A stretch of 64,000 bases of DNA from the human T2T-CHM13v2.0 reference genome, Homo sapiens. Positions within the stretch are counted from its first letter, which is position 1. Each line of letters begins with the position of its first letter. Shown one piece after another: positions 18,724 to 32,202 of this stretch. Under the pieces are notes generated by a model that worked only from the letters and a program-made list of their open reading frames with translations, was not told where the DNA came from and ran no database searches. The stretch is taken from the NCBI RefSeq assembly GCF_009914755.1, contig NC_060925.1. One strand, 5' to 3'. The translations under genes and the position numbers were made by a program.

Positions 18724-18846
18724 CTGAATATTCTCCCTACTCCAAGTATGTGGTGTTTTATTAGCAAGTAATTTCAGATCTTGAATAGCAAGTCTCTTTA
18801 CTGCCTTCCTGGGATCATTCTTCAAATACTGCAACAGAAGCTGAAT
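18724..18846 (-). CDS. INTS7: INTS7 exon 7
   Basis: ttatag|ATT CAG..., IQLLLQYLKNDPRKAVKRLAIQDLKLLANKTPHTWSRENIQ, CAG|gtatgt; 123 nt. Confidence 0.95.
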
Positions 18847-19334
18847 CTATAAAGGAAATAAGTCACTCCATAAACAATACTGTAACTGAAATGATCATTA
18901 GAAATGCAGTGTAGTTTAGTGAAACTTATAAAGGGACAGGACTCACTTCAAATCAGAGCCCTGTCACTCACTAGCTATGTGCCCACATTTGGGCCTCTTT
19001 CTCCATGTTTGTAAAATACTACCATTTAACTTTAAAGTTTTAGCACAGGCCCTGGCATTTTACAGATACTCAATCCTTTCTTTTTTTTTTTTTATACGGC
19101 CAACTTCACACCCAGCCATGTACTCCATAACATCTCATTTTCCTCAAGGGCTCCCAACAATCAGTACTGTGAACAGAGAGAATAAAAAAGCAAGCAAAAG
19201 CAAATTAATCTGACCTTTATTAGAGAAAAGAACCTTAATGTCCTCAAGACTTGTGGGCCACTTTCTTATTTCTAATCATATATTTAATATGTAAGTTTAC
19301 CAAAGATAGGCAGTTTAAAGAAAATTGAAATTAC

Positions 19335-19534
19335 CTGCTTAGGTGTATCAACCAAAGATGACGCTGCAAGCAGAGTGAAAGTGTGCAAAGACACAATCAC
19401 CATTTTGGTGGACGGATAGGATGTGACCAGCTGTTGTAAAAGCTGACGAGCACTGGAAGCCAAGATTGCATCATGGTGCATGTGCTGTAGAATGGGTATC
19501 AATTTTAGCTTCAAGTCTACTGGTGTCGCTAAAC
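19335..19534 (-). CDS. INTS7: INTS7 exon 6
   Basis: gtctag|GT TTA GCG..., LATPVDLKLKLIPILQHMHHDAILASSARQLLQQLVTSYPSTKMVIVSLHTFTLLAASSLVDTPKQ (ORF 19284..19544), CAG|gtaatt; 200 nt. Confidence 0.95.
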
Positions 19535-19841
19535 CTAGACACAAAAATAATTCTCAAGGTATTTGTGATCACCATCCTTAATAATATTCCAGATTTAAAA
19601 GCTGTGACTCATTTAGCAAAATTGCACTTGAAAAACACAGTATACTAATATATTTATAACATTAAAGATTATACTAGAACCAATTGATAAATTCAATATT
19701 TTTTCCTAAGTATTTATCTTGACATTAACTTTTCAATGATTATAAAACTACATGCTGATAATAAAAACTGCCTTTAAAAAGCACAGTAGAAAGCAAAGTC
19801 ATATTTGCTGCCTATTTCCTCTCATTGTCATAGTAAAAAAA

Positions 19842-19883
19842 TTATACATACACATATACATATATATACACAAACACACACAC
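19842..19883. repeat. (TA)/(CA) microsatellite
   Basis: TATACATACACATATACATATATATACACAAACACACACAC. Confidence 0.85.
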
Positions 19884-22639
19884 TTGATGGCTACAGTCTG
19901 ATTATACTTATGATTTTAATTATTTCCTTCAACAACTAAATCATAATCAGGATGTGAATAAACTGTGTGTAGAATGGTTTCGAAGTCCTCTGAACTTTGT
20001 GTAGTAAATGCCTTTCTTTATTGCATACACGACTGGATCCATGAAGACTAACCCTAATCCACGTTTTCCTGTCAACAGTGGAGCGAAACCAACAAATCTT
20101 TTCTCTATGGCATGGCTTTGTGGTCATGGTGAACACAAATTTCTCAGTCGTAATGTACCACATACATGCCACAAGCTAATTATACTCTGCGTATTGCTGG
20201 CTTTTCCATGGTGAAATAATTGTGGGTATGAACGTAAGACAGCATTTCAACGTCCAACAGTTGCCTACGTCAATAAACTCCCTTGCTAGATGGCCTCTAC
20301 TTGGGTTTGCCAGAGGGAAAAGAATGAGATCAGAGTATTCCCTGCTTTCCTCTCTGCAGGGTCACATCATGCTCATGTTATTACTTTGTTCCTTAAGGTT
20401 CTGAATGCACTTGACACTGCTGACCATTCTATCTTTGAAACTCACTCCTAATGGCTTTGGCTCTTCCACTTTTACTGTTTTCTGACCTCTTTCTCTGGCT
20501 GTTCCTTCTTAATCTCCTTTGTAGTCTCCTTGTCTGTCTACGCTTTAATTTCTGATATTCCCATAGGTTGGTAATAAATTCTCTTCTCATTCTATGTGTT
20601 TTCCCTGAGTGAGCTGATATAATCCCATGGTTTCCATTATCGGCTAAATGTGAAAGGCTGCCACCCATCCGTCCTCCTGCCCCGACGTCAGACGCATGTA
20701 TCTCATTATCTTCTGGTCATCTGCACTAGGAGGTCTCAGAAGCATTTTGTATTAATAAGGCTCAAAGAGAACTGATCTTAACCTTGAAACTGCCCCTCCA
20801 AAAATATTCCTGTCTCAGTAAATCACATCATTATAGCTTCTTAGACCCTGGAGTCTTTCTTATTAGTGAAAGGATTCTATCACATCCCATTTCCAAATGT
20901 ATTAGCAAATCTTATTGGTTCTAACTTCAAAATAAAACCCAAACTGACTCTTTCTACCTCCGTTGTTACCATGCCGATCCATTTCCACTACCATCTCTTG
21001 ACTAAATTATTGCAAGTCTCCTAAGTATTCTCCCTGCTTAGGCCTTTCCCCATGGCAGACTCCACTCTTATATCCCCCTCTTTCCTCCACTGCAAGTTTA
21101 TTCTCAACCCAGTACTCAGAGGGATCTTTGTGTTTACAGGCATCTTTACTAAAGATTTAGGGAGGCTCGGAGATTTTACTTGGCAGAAACAAAAGTGGCT
21201 TAAAACCAAATGTCAGGATTCTGTTCCTAAAACTCCTCTTTCATTTCCATATCTTAGGTTCCAATTTTCCTCCACCCACACTCCTATGTTTTCCTCTGCC
21301 TCTCTCTCCTGCTAATTCCTGTTCTTTCAGATTTTTTTAAGATAAAATTTAAGGAACAATAAGGTAATGAATCTTAAGTGTACAGATTAATGTATTTCTA
21401 CATATGTATATTCTCATATAACTGTCATCAGATACACAGAATACTCCAGCATCCTAGAAGGCTCACCTGTATAGCTTTCATCAACTCCCTTGCTATCTAC
21501 CCTTTGTTTGGGTTTAACCAATGGAGAGCCCAGCAGGAGTTGCAGAGAAGAATGAGGTCAGAGTATTTATTCCCTGGTTCTCTCACTGCAGGGTCACATC
21601 ATGCTCCTGGAGGTTAGCTTCTCAAAGTGGTCCTCCTGACATGATACCAATTTTCTAGTAACCTCTCTTTAACCTGTACCCTTAGAGGTATGGTAAAAGC
21701 TATTACGGGTTCAAGAACTACATTATCCCCTATAGTACACCCTGACCATGCCTTTGTGAATGGTTCCTTTATTACACCTTCCTTGAGTTATCTTAATTCA
21801 AATGTGCCACCTGTTTCCTGCTGAGATCTTGTCTGATGCAGCAGGCACTGATAAAATCTGCTCAATGAATAAGTGATGCTTCCTTCTAATGTCATACGGA
21901 TACTTTTCTGCAGGAAAGCCCTTTTGCTAATGGTGGAAGAAAAAACACAAAGGAATAAAGGGGAACACAACAAAGCTCATTCACTGTATCTTGGTCTTTA
22001 AGTGATTTTTATTATTTATGCAAGTGAGCAAGTTCTCTTTAATTTTAATTTGAAGGACAATTTAAATGCGTGCAAAATATAACTACACTAAGCAATTCAT
22101 GCCTTAGAAGGGCACAGTAGCATAAGTGGTTAAAAGCATCGGCCTCAAAGCCAAACTGTAAGTTATCAGCTTTTTTACTGTGAACCAATCATTCAGCTTT
22201 AGTGTGGCTCTATTTCCTTTCCTGTAAAACGAACATAATAGTATTACCTATCCAAGGCTGCCACGTTGCACAATTCAAAGGAATGCTCTTTATAAGAATA
22301 TAAACAAAGTGGTGTTCTCTAGAGTCAGGCAATGCTGTAGCCCAAGAGCTCCCTTTTATGACTGCTAGGATAAATAGGGGTATGACACGTGTATTAACCC
22401 TATGGGAGCTCTTGGGCTCCCATAATGACTGTTGTAAGGATAAATAGGGTTAATACACATGACTTATGGTATAAGAGACTGGAAAACCAGGGCTTTGTAG
22501 TCTATGGTAAGGAATCTGGATTTGATTCTAAATGCAACTGGAAGACACTGGAGGGACATTAGCAGAGAGTTCCAGAGCTCCTAATAATATTAGCCTCTCT
22601 CACACAGAGCAGTCTTCCCTACACTAATCATGCCCCCCA

Positions 22640-23006
22640 TAAGTATGCTTTGGTGAATGATGGACCACATGACAGACGGTGGTCCCATACGATTATAATG
22701 GAGCTGAAAAATTCCTAGTAACTTCATAGACCCTGTAGTCATTGTAACACCACAGTGCAATATATTACCTTTTCTACCTCAGATATACAAATCATTTTGT
22801 TACAATTGCCTATGGGTATTCAGCACAGTTACATGTTGTATAGGCTTAGAGCCTAGGAACAATAGGCTATACCATACAGCCTAAGTGTACAGTTGGCTAT
22901 ACCATTTAGGTTTATTTAAGTACACTCTATGAAGTTCAAACAACAAAACTGCCTAAGGACCCATTTCTCACACAGGATCCCCATTGTTAAGCAATGCAAG
23001 ACTATA
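22640..23006 (+). mobile_element. Tigger3/MER7-like DNA transposon
   Basis: GACGGTGGTCCCATACGATTATAATGGAGCTGAAAAATTCC...CCCCATTGTTAAGCAATGCA. Confidence 0.7.
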
Positions 23007-23457
23007 TCTGCATGGCTCACTCCTTTCTCTCCTTCATGTCTCACTCAAGTATCACCTCATCAGAGACTGTCTCTGATCAATATATACAAAAAAGTCCCTT
23101 CTCTGATCAATATATATAAAATAGATAAGTCCCTTCTCTCAACCCACCAACGACTTACTTTTGAGACTCTCTATCCTTCTTCTCTCACTTTTTCACCATA
23201 GCACCAGAAATGTCATAGGCACATTTGTCTATCCCCACACACCCCACCCGACTAGAGTGTAGGTTAGATGGGGGTAAGGACTTTGTTTTGCTCATTCCTG
23301 TATCCTCAGCATTTAGAACAGTTTGGGCAAATAGAAGATACTTAATAAATATTATTTGAATGTATGGTGACTAGCAAATAATAAGTACTTAATTAGTGTT
23401 AGCAACTATTATAAATCTAATTAAGTCACTTCATAATACTAAATGAAGAATACATAC

Positions 23458-23504
23458 CTTGAATCATTTCACTGATTTTGTTACAGATTCCTACAGCAAA
23501 ATCC
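23458..23504 (-). CDS. INTS7: INTS7 exon 5
   Basis: ccaaag|G GAT TTT..., DFAVGICNKISEMIQG, G|gtatgt; 47 nt, joins exons 4 and 6 in frame. Confidence 0.92.
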
Positions 23505-24555
23505 CTTTGGAAAAAGAGAACAGAGAACAGAAAAAACTTACATTTGCTTATATTTTCTAAGGACTTAAAAGAAATAAAACACAATTAGCGCAGAAGAAAT
23601 ACAATATTCCAAACTGCAACTAATATTCCAAGGTCAGGTGCTCGGGTTAGGGGAGGTGGTAAGAAACACAACTAAAACAAAAACTCCAGCACCAAATGGG
23701 CTATGCCAACACTGCTCTAAAGCAGCTCACTTAGGCCATTACCACAATACAGTGTTATTTTTTCATAACACTAACAAGCATCTGAAATTATTTTGTGTTT
23801 ATATAACAACAGGGCCTGACCTTTTTCACTCCTATATTTCTGGAACTTAGAAAAGTGTCTGAACATGGTGGATATTCAGTAAGTATTTCTTTAATAACCA
23901 TATAAAGACTTCTCATAACAACTTAGAATTTAAAAATCTGTTACAGACCTTTAGGGCTAAGAAACTTCAAACTAGGAGACTGCAGGTTTTTTGTGTGTAA
24001 TAATATTTTTAAAATTCTTTTTAAAATAACATTTTAAAAATTCTTAATGTCAACATTTAAATATAGTGAGCCCAAATAGAATAATTTGGTTTTTCAGATT
24101 ATCCCCTCTCCTTTGCCAAAAACCTGAGCACTGGGCATCCATTCCTGCACTGTTAACAATAGGCTGGTGCCATGGGGCACTTTAGATGGAGTGGACGTGC
24201 TTCAGTTCACCACAGTTGCCACTAGGGGACACTGCTCTCACTGACAATGTTCACCTGGCCCCTGAAAGCGTGTGAGTTTGTAACTCCTGCTTTGCCACCC
24301 AGGGACTAGCAATTTAGAATAAAACAAATGTGGTTATGGTAGGAGATTGGGGGGGGAGGGGGCGGAGAACAGGATTAAATAAATTCTAAAGGTCTTATTT
24401 GGCTTGGCTTGTTACTCTGATTTAATATCCAAAACTGATCAATACAGATACTAGAAAAAAAATCCATCAGTACTGACGAAGATATGTGATCTCAAGCCAG
24501 GTCATTATTTCCGGGAGAAGATATGAACACTGATATCAAAAATATAAGTCTTGTC

Positions 24556-24692
24556 AGCTGGCCACAGTAGCTCACACCTGTAATCCCAGCAATTTGGGAT
24601 TGCTGAGGTGAGAGGATCACTTGAGTCCAGAAGTTCGAGGCTGCAGTGAGCCATGATTGCGCCACTGCATTCCAGCCTAGGTGACAGAGATT
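24556..24692 (+). mobile_element. Alu monomer (FAM/FRAM-like)
   Basis: Single-arm 7SL-derived element. Confidence 0.75.
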
Positions 24693-24967
24693 CATTTGGT
24701 ATTTTTTAATAAATTAGAAGTACATCATATTGAAGCATGGTATATTAAAAACTGTTTCTACATAAACTGCTAATTTAGATGTTTAATCATCATTTCCACA
24801 AGTGAAGAATCTTGCTGTTTCTCTTACTTGGTCTTAATCATTTTCCAAAACCAGTAATTACGCAGAGTGAAATAAAATTAGCTTCTAATAAGAACACAAG
24901 AGAAAAACTGAACTAAAAGTGATTCTCATATATAAAATTTAATCACTAAACTACAAATTTATCATCC

Positions 24968-25007
24968 AAATTTAGAAACTAAATTTAGAAACTAAATTTA
25001 GAAAACT
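24968..25007. repeat. 13-bp tandem repeat x3
   Basis: AAATTTAGAAACT. Confidence 0.88.
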
Positions 25008-25123
25008 ATTTTTGGAAGCACTGGAAGTATATATTTAATCTGACAGACTATGAAGCACTGACACCTTGGCAGTGGTAATCAGATGGTAATTATTCCCTAG
25101 GCACAACTCCTAATCAATAAAAG

Positions 25124-26037
25124 TACAGTCATGTGCAGCATAACAACGTTTTGGTCAACAACACACTACATACTGACAGTGGCCTCAAGAGATTATAACA
25201 GAGCTGAAAAATTCATATTGGCCAGAGATGTCTTGATGTCTGACCCTGTGTAGGTCTAGGTTAATGTATGTGTCTCTGTGTCTTTTCTTTGAGGGGTCTC
25301 ACTATGTTGCCTAGGCTGGTCTTGAACTCCTGAGCTCAAGTGATACCCCGGCCTCAGCCTCCCAAATAGCTGGAATTACAGGTGTGAGACACTGTGCCCA
25401 GCTATGTCTTAATTTTAACAAAAAAAGCTTATAGAATAAGGATATAAAGAAAGTATGTTTATACAGCTGTATGTTTGTATTTTAAGCTAAGTGTTATTAC
25501 AAAAGAGTCAAAAAGTTAAAAGAAATTAAGACTTTACAAAGTTAAAAAGTTATAGCAAGGTAAGGTTAATTTATTGTTGAAGGAAGAAAAACTTCAAAAA
25601 TAAATTTAGTGAAGCCTAAGTGTACAGTGTTTAGGAAGTCTACAGTAATATACAGTAATGTCCTAGGCTTTCACATTCATTTATCACTCACTCACTGATC
25701 ACCCAGAGCAAATTCCAGTCCTGCAAGCTCCATTCATGGTAAGTGCCCTATACAGGAATACCATTTTTATCTTTTATGCCATATTTTTACTGAGCCTTTT
25801 CTATGTTTAGATATACATATACTTACCACTGTGTTCCAACTGCCTACAGTATTCAGTACAGAAACATGCTGTACAGGTTTACAGCCTGGGGCAACAGGCT
25901 ATACCATATAACCTAGGTGTATAGTAGGTTATACCATCTAGATTTGTGTAAGTCCTCTACAATGTTTGCACAATGATGAAATTTCCTAACAATGCATTTC
26001 TCAGAATGTAACCTCATAGTTAAGAGACGTGTGACTG
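25124..26037 (+). mobile_element. Tigger3b-like DNA transposon containing a reverse Alu monomer (25286-25403)
   Basis: TACAGTCATG...GTGTGACTG termini; CCAGTCCTGCAAGCTCCATTCATGGTAAGTGCCCTATACAGG core. Confidence 0.78.
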
Positions 26038-26219
26038 AAATTTTTAAAAGTCCTCTCAATACCAACGACTCTCTCAATGAGGGAAAAAAATGCTTATTTT
26101 CAAAGGCACAAATAGGAACTGTACTTATTCAGGTATTTCTGATCATCAATTACTGCTGCATCTATTAATTTTGATCTGTGAAATTAAAAATTATATGCTT
26201 TCTATTATCTACTTTTTCA

Positions 26220-26573
<354 letters not shown>

Positions 26574-26625
26574 GCTGAAGAGGAGGGTATGCAAATACTA
26601 TTTTTTAAATTTTAAAAAAATTTAT

Positions 26626-27792
26626 CCTCTCCCTCCCCCTCCCCCTCCCCCTCTCCCCACGGTCTCCCTCTGATGCCGAGCGGAGGCTGGACTGTGCTGC
26701 CGCCATCTCGGCTCACTGCAACCTCCCTGCCTGATTCTCCTGCCTCAGCCTGCCAAGTGCCTGGGATTGCAGGTGCGCCGCCACGCCTGACTGGTTTTTG
26801 TATTTTTTGGTGGAGACGGGGTTTCGCCGTGTTGGCCGGGCTGGTCTCCAGCTCCTGACCGCGAGTGATCTGCCCGCCTGGGCCTCCCGAGGTGCCGGGA
26901 TTGCAGACGGAGTCTCGCTCACTCAGTGCTCAATCTTGCCCAGGCTGGAGTGCAGTGGTGTGATCTCCGCTCGCTATAACCTCCACCTCCCAGCCGCCTG
27001 CCTTGGCCTCCCAAAGTGCAGCCTGTGCCCGGCCGCCACCCCGTCTGGGAAGTGAGGAGCGTCTCTAACCGGCCACCCCATCTGAGAAGTGAGGAGCCCT
27101 TCCGCCTGGCAGCCGCCCCATCTGGGAGGTGAGGAGCGCCTCCGCCCGGCAGCCGCCCCATCCGGGAGGTGGGGGGCGGCCCCCGCCCGGGCAGCCGCCC
27201 CGTCCGGGAGGGAGGTGGGGGGCAGCCCCTGCCAGGGAAGTGTGGGAAGTGAGGAGCCCCTCTGCCCAGCCGCCACCCCGTCTGGGAGGTGTACCCAACA
27301 GCTCATTGAGAACAGGCCATGACGACGATGGGGGTTTTGTCGAATAGAAAAGGGGGAAATGTGGGGAAAAGAAAGAAAGATCAGATTGTTACTGTGTCTG
27401 TGTAGAAAGAAGTAGACATAGGAGACTCCATTTTGTTCTGTACTAAGAAAAATTCTTCTGCCTTGGGATGCTGTTAATCTATAACCTTACCCCCAACCCC
27501 CTGCTCTCTGAAACATGTGCTATGTCCACTCAGGGTTAAATGGATTAAGGGCGGTGCAAGATGTGTTTTGTTAAACAGATGCTTGAAGGCAGCATACTCG
27601 TTAAGAGTCATCACCACTCCCTAATCTCAAGTACCCAGGGACACAAACACTGAGGAAGGCCGCAGGGTCCTCTGCCTAGGAAAACCACAGACCCTTGTTC
27701 ACATGTTTATCTGCTGACCTTCCCTCCACTATTGTCCTATGACCCTGCCAAATCCCTCTCTCCGAGAAACACCCAAGAATGATCAATAAATA

Positions 27793-27823
<31 letters not shown>
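26626..27823 (+). mobile_element. SVA retrotransposon (older subfamily, SVA_A-C-like), ~1.2 kb
   Basis: CCCTCT-type hexamer head, antisense Alu-like region, short VNTR (~27030-27290), SINE-R ending CCCAAGAATGATCAATAAATACT, A29 tail. Confidence 0.95.
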
Positions 27824-27826
<3 letters not shown>

Positions 27827-28965
27827 AACTTTTCAGGATTCAAAAAATTTATTATTCACCTGGTTATAAAACTGGAACTTGCTCATGCCAAGATATAGAG
27901 ATATAGAGAAATTTATAAAAAGAAAATAAAAATTATATACCATCTTACCAAGATTTTGATATATATCCTTCTAGTCTTTTTTTCTATTGCATAAATACAA
28001 ATATTACGGCTTTTATTTTTTTTAAACAAATCTGTTACATTATATAAGCTATTGGGGTTTTTTAAAACAAACCTGTTATATTACATAACCTATTATGTAA
28101 CCTGCTTCCAAATATGTTTCTAAAAACATTGGTTTTAAGTTGTTACCGTATTCTATTGTATGATCATAATTTATCTAAGCTCAATGGAAGAAATTTAGGT
28201 TGCTTCTCATTTCTTTTGTTGTTACAAGTAACACTACAACCAGCATCCATACAAATAATTATCAGTACATATTGCTGTTATCTTAGGATAAATTCTAGAA
28301 GTGAATTTCCTGGGTCAAAGGGATGTACTTGTTTAAGGCTTTTCATACATATTACCAAAATGCACCCCAGAAGGCAATGCTACTTTTCCTGTCAGTCAGG
28401 GAGATACTGTATTTTCTTTTACAGAAGAGAAGCCAATCAAACATAGTAATAAAACCATGGTCAACATTTAATCCTCCTGCCCAAAACAAAATACTGTTCT
28501 GTAAAACAACAGTGTAGGACATGACATTCTGAATAGGTTAAAATTGGTTTTAATTCAAGTTATTGTCTTTGCCAAACTGTGGACAGCTCTAATGCAAAAC
28601 AAATTAACATTAGAAGACAGTAAGTAAGCAATTTAGTATTACAGATCTATATGTCTGGGAGAAGCTCCTCAGTCAACAAAGCTTCTGCTACCCAATGAAG
28701 CCTTCTCCAACTAATCTATGCTGATCCTGTCCTTCTGGAAACTCATTTCATTTACACAATTAATGCCAACATTTGTACTTACATTTTCCATTTTATGAAT
28801 TTAAGTCTTGTTTCCCCAACATAAGGTAAACCTTCTTGGAAAACACACCTTGTCATTTACACTTTCCTGTATCTCTCAGTGTTTATATAAGTTGATCAGT
28901 TTTTCCTTCAAAAATTTTTCTTGGGAAGCCAAATTACTAAAAGGGATGTACTTTTGTAAGCTTAC

Positions 28966-29103
28966 TTTGACTGTGCAGAGAAGTTTGCAGCAGCAAAAAC
29001 AGCAGCTTCAACTTCTACATTATCATGTGAATCTAAACTCTGACGAATACTATGATGAGCATTCTTCCTCTCAGGAATTATTGATGCCAGACTTCCCAAC
29101 ATC
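28966..29103 (-). CDS. INTS7: INTS7 exon 4
   Basis: ctgtag|G ATG TTG..., MLGSLASIIPERKNAHHSIRQSLDSHDNVEVEAAVFAAANFSAQSK, AA|gtaagc; 138 nt. Confidence 0.95.
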
Positions 29104-31047
29104 CTACAGAAACAGAGAAACCCAAGAAGATCGGGCATAAAATAAAGTCAAGGTCAGAAAAGTAAGAGGCAAGGCAAAGTCAGATTATCAAAACTAAAGT
29201 TTATAGGTAATTCTATGTAACTCCAGTTAATAAAGCATAACTTTAGAAATCCATGACTCAAATTTTAAACGCTTTTACATATTTCAATATGTCAGAAAAA
29301 TTAAAATGGCTTATCTAAAAAGCAAAATTTTTAACAATCACCTTGAAGTACCTCCCAGGTACCAAACAGCCCAGGAAGGAAACTTCTGAATTATTAAAGC
29401 ATCAAAATATCAATTTTCCAATGTTGCATAAAGAAGTCCATTTCAGCAAAGCATTAAGAATACAACATTTTTGCTGTTAAGCAGATACACAAAGTAAAAA
29501 AAAGTAAGAGCTCCCAATCTTTTTTTCCCACATCAGTAAATATTGGTATGATGATTTTCAAATGTCCTCAAGATCAAGAAAGCAGTGGTTGAGGACGCCC
29601 CTGGGGCTCACACCAGAATCAACAACGGTGCAGAAGGTAAAGCTTGGAAAACACAGTCTACTTTATAATAAAATCATACATTTAGAAAGGAAAAAAATCT
29701 ATTGTTTGTGGTATAAACTACAGAAAGTAGTTTGAAAAATCCTTTCAGCAGAAAGGCATACATTTTAGAAATTTGCAAAACACTGCAGTAAACAAAACCT
29801 ACAATGTTCCTACAATGACAACCTTCTTCAAAGTCAACATCCTAAATAACCTTCCAATGTGACATGTAATCACCTAATTATTCCCTGTAATTACACTCAA
29901 AGTAGTACTGTTCCTAGTACTGTTAAAAATAAGTAATACTGTTAGTAGCAAGAAACTAAAATGGACTAAATATGTAATTTATATTTAATTTGAAGGTTTT
30001 GGAATTATACATCTTTCAAAAGAAATAACAAATGACTATTAATCTATTATACCAGAAAAGATTAGACTAGGCTAATACTGACACATTTAATGACTTATTC
30101 CCACTGCTTCCGGCTTAATTTTTCTCTTCCTACTTGAGTACCTCCTTCTAGAATGTTTACAAAACAGGTCCTATATGGCAAACCTCCTAAGGCCTTGTGT
30201 GCCTGAGAATCTTTTTATTTTACTACTCTTTTAAATGAAAACTGGATTAGATATAAAATTCTTGGCTCAATTTTCCTTTAATACTTATTGCATCAAGTGT
30301 TACTGTAGAAAAATCTGATTTCAATCTAATTTTTTTTTCCTTTAAAGTGATCCTTCTTTTTGGAAGCTTTCTAGAGATCGCTGGCTTTATTGATAACCAC
30401 AGTGCTTAAAAAAAGAATTGAGGCAAAAGTCAATTGCCATGACTTAGAGAAGGGCAAGCATGGAAAATGATTAACATTCAAATATTAATCTACATTCTTA
30501 TCAAAATATTCAGGCTAGCTCTAAATTATTTATGAAATTCATTCCACCAGTTAAATTCTATTCTTTTCTATTATCTTTTGATTAAAAAAAAAAAAACCAT
30601 GTTTGTGAAAACCAATTCAAACATTACCAAAAAAAGCCAAATGGAAAAGCCTCTTGTAATCTACAACCCAAAGACTCTACCAAAAATAATCACTGTTAAC
30701 AGTATATATTCCTCTAGATTTTTTTCTGAACCTATATAAACATATATATTAATATTAACTAGCAAAATGAGTTAACAAAATGGATACTATTTGACTACTT
30801 TTTAAAACAATATCTTTCTATGTCAGTATATATAGACTCACAACTCACTTTACTCTTTAAAAGTTATACAGTAGTTCACCAATAGCTATTCCCATGTCGA
30901 TTTTTCCCCAATTTTTCATTCTACAAAAATGATACTATAATCATCTATATACATATATTCACCAACTTTTAAAAATGATTCATTTAAAAAATTCCTATAG
31001 GTATATTTGCTGAAGTAAAGGGTAAAAATACCTTAAATTTAAATTCT

Positions 31048-31358
<311 letters not shown>

Positions 31359-32202
31359 TCGATTGAATATAGCTTTCAAAAGATGAAAATCAATGAACTG
31401 ACTTTAAAATATCACATATTACTCACAATTTAATCACTCAAAAGGCAAAGAAATGACAAAAGCACTAAATTCTGAACAAGAAGGAAGAACTGATTCCTGA
31501 TATGGAAAAAACGACACTCAGGGAAGATGTGACATCCCAAACTTCCTGGTTAAAAAGAAGACTGTCTGGGCAGGCTAGGTCAGAAATGAACACTATAATT
31601 TAGGAAAGTGAATTTCAAAAGATATAAAAAGTTATAGATATGATACTATAAATGGCAGAGCTAAAAAGAGAATATGGTTCAAGCTGGATATAAGGCTTAC
31701 AAAATGAAATTCTAACAAATAAATTTTTTTAAATATGCCAAGAAAGAAAAGAAAAAGCTAAAGAAACTATAGTGGTTATATCTGATGTTCTCCAATGAAA
31801 TCAAATATGATTTATCACATTAAAAATGATCACATAATCAAGGAAGAATATAGAAAACTGACAGAAAACATTAAGTACAAGGGCAGGAACACGAAGTTCA
31901 AAATGTGCTGAGGCTAAGCTATATTGAGATCCACCAAGTTATTTGATCAGAACACCTATCTACATAGAGATGCATTTCAAACACAAGTTAGGCAACAATT
32001 TATAACCAAAACAGTTAACACAGATGTTAACTAAAAAGCATTTGCAGACTGGGATAGTTATCACAGTTTTGCCTTGACTCTTAGTCAAAAAAACATAAAC
32101 AACTCCTAATACTCAAAATGAAAAATGTAAATACACTGCCTTTTTTGTACATAATTACAGTTCAAATAATCTCATAGTGAATTATTATAATACGGTATAT
32201 AC

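Noticed and set aside
23070-23139. Imperfect ~30-bp tandem duplication (also 28020-28095, 29898-29945)
   Set aside because: Ordinary slippage duplications without array structure.
26673-27347. Overlapping ORFs in SVA
   Set aside because: GC-rich VNTR/Alu-like frames typical of SVA.
28808-29140. 110-aa + strand ORF with Gln run
   Set aside because: Antisense shadow of INTS7 exon 4.
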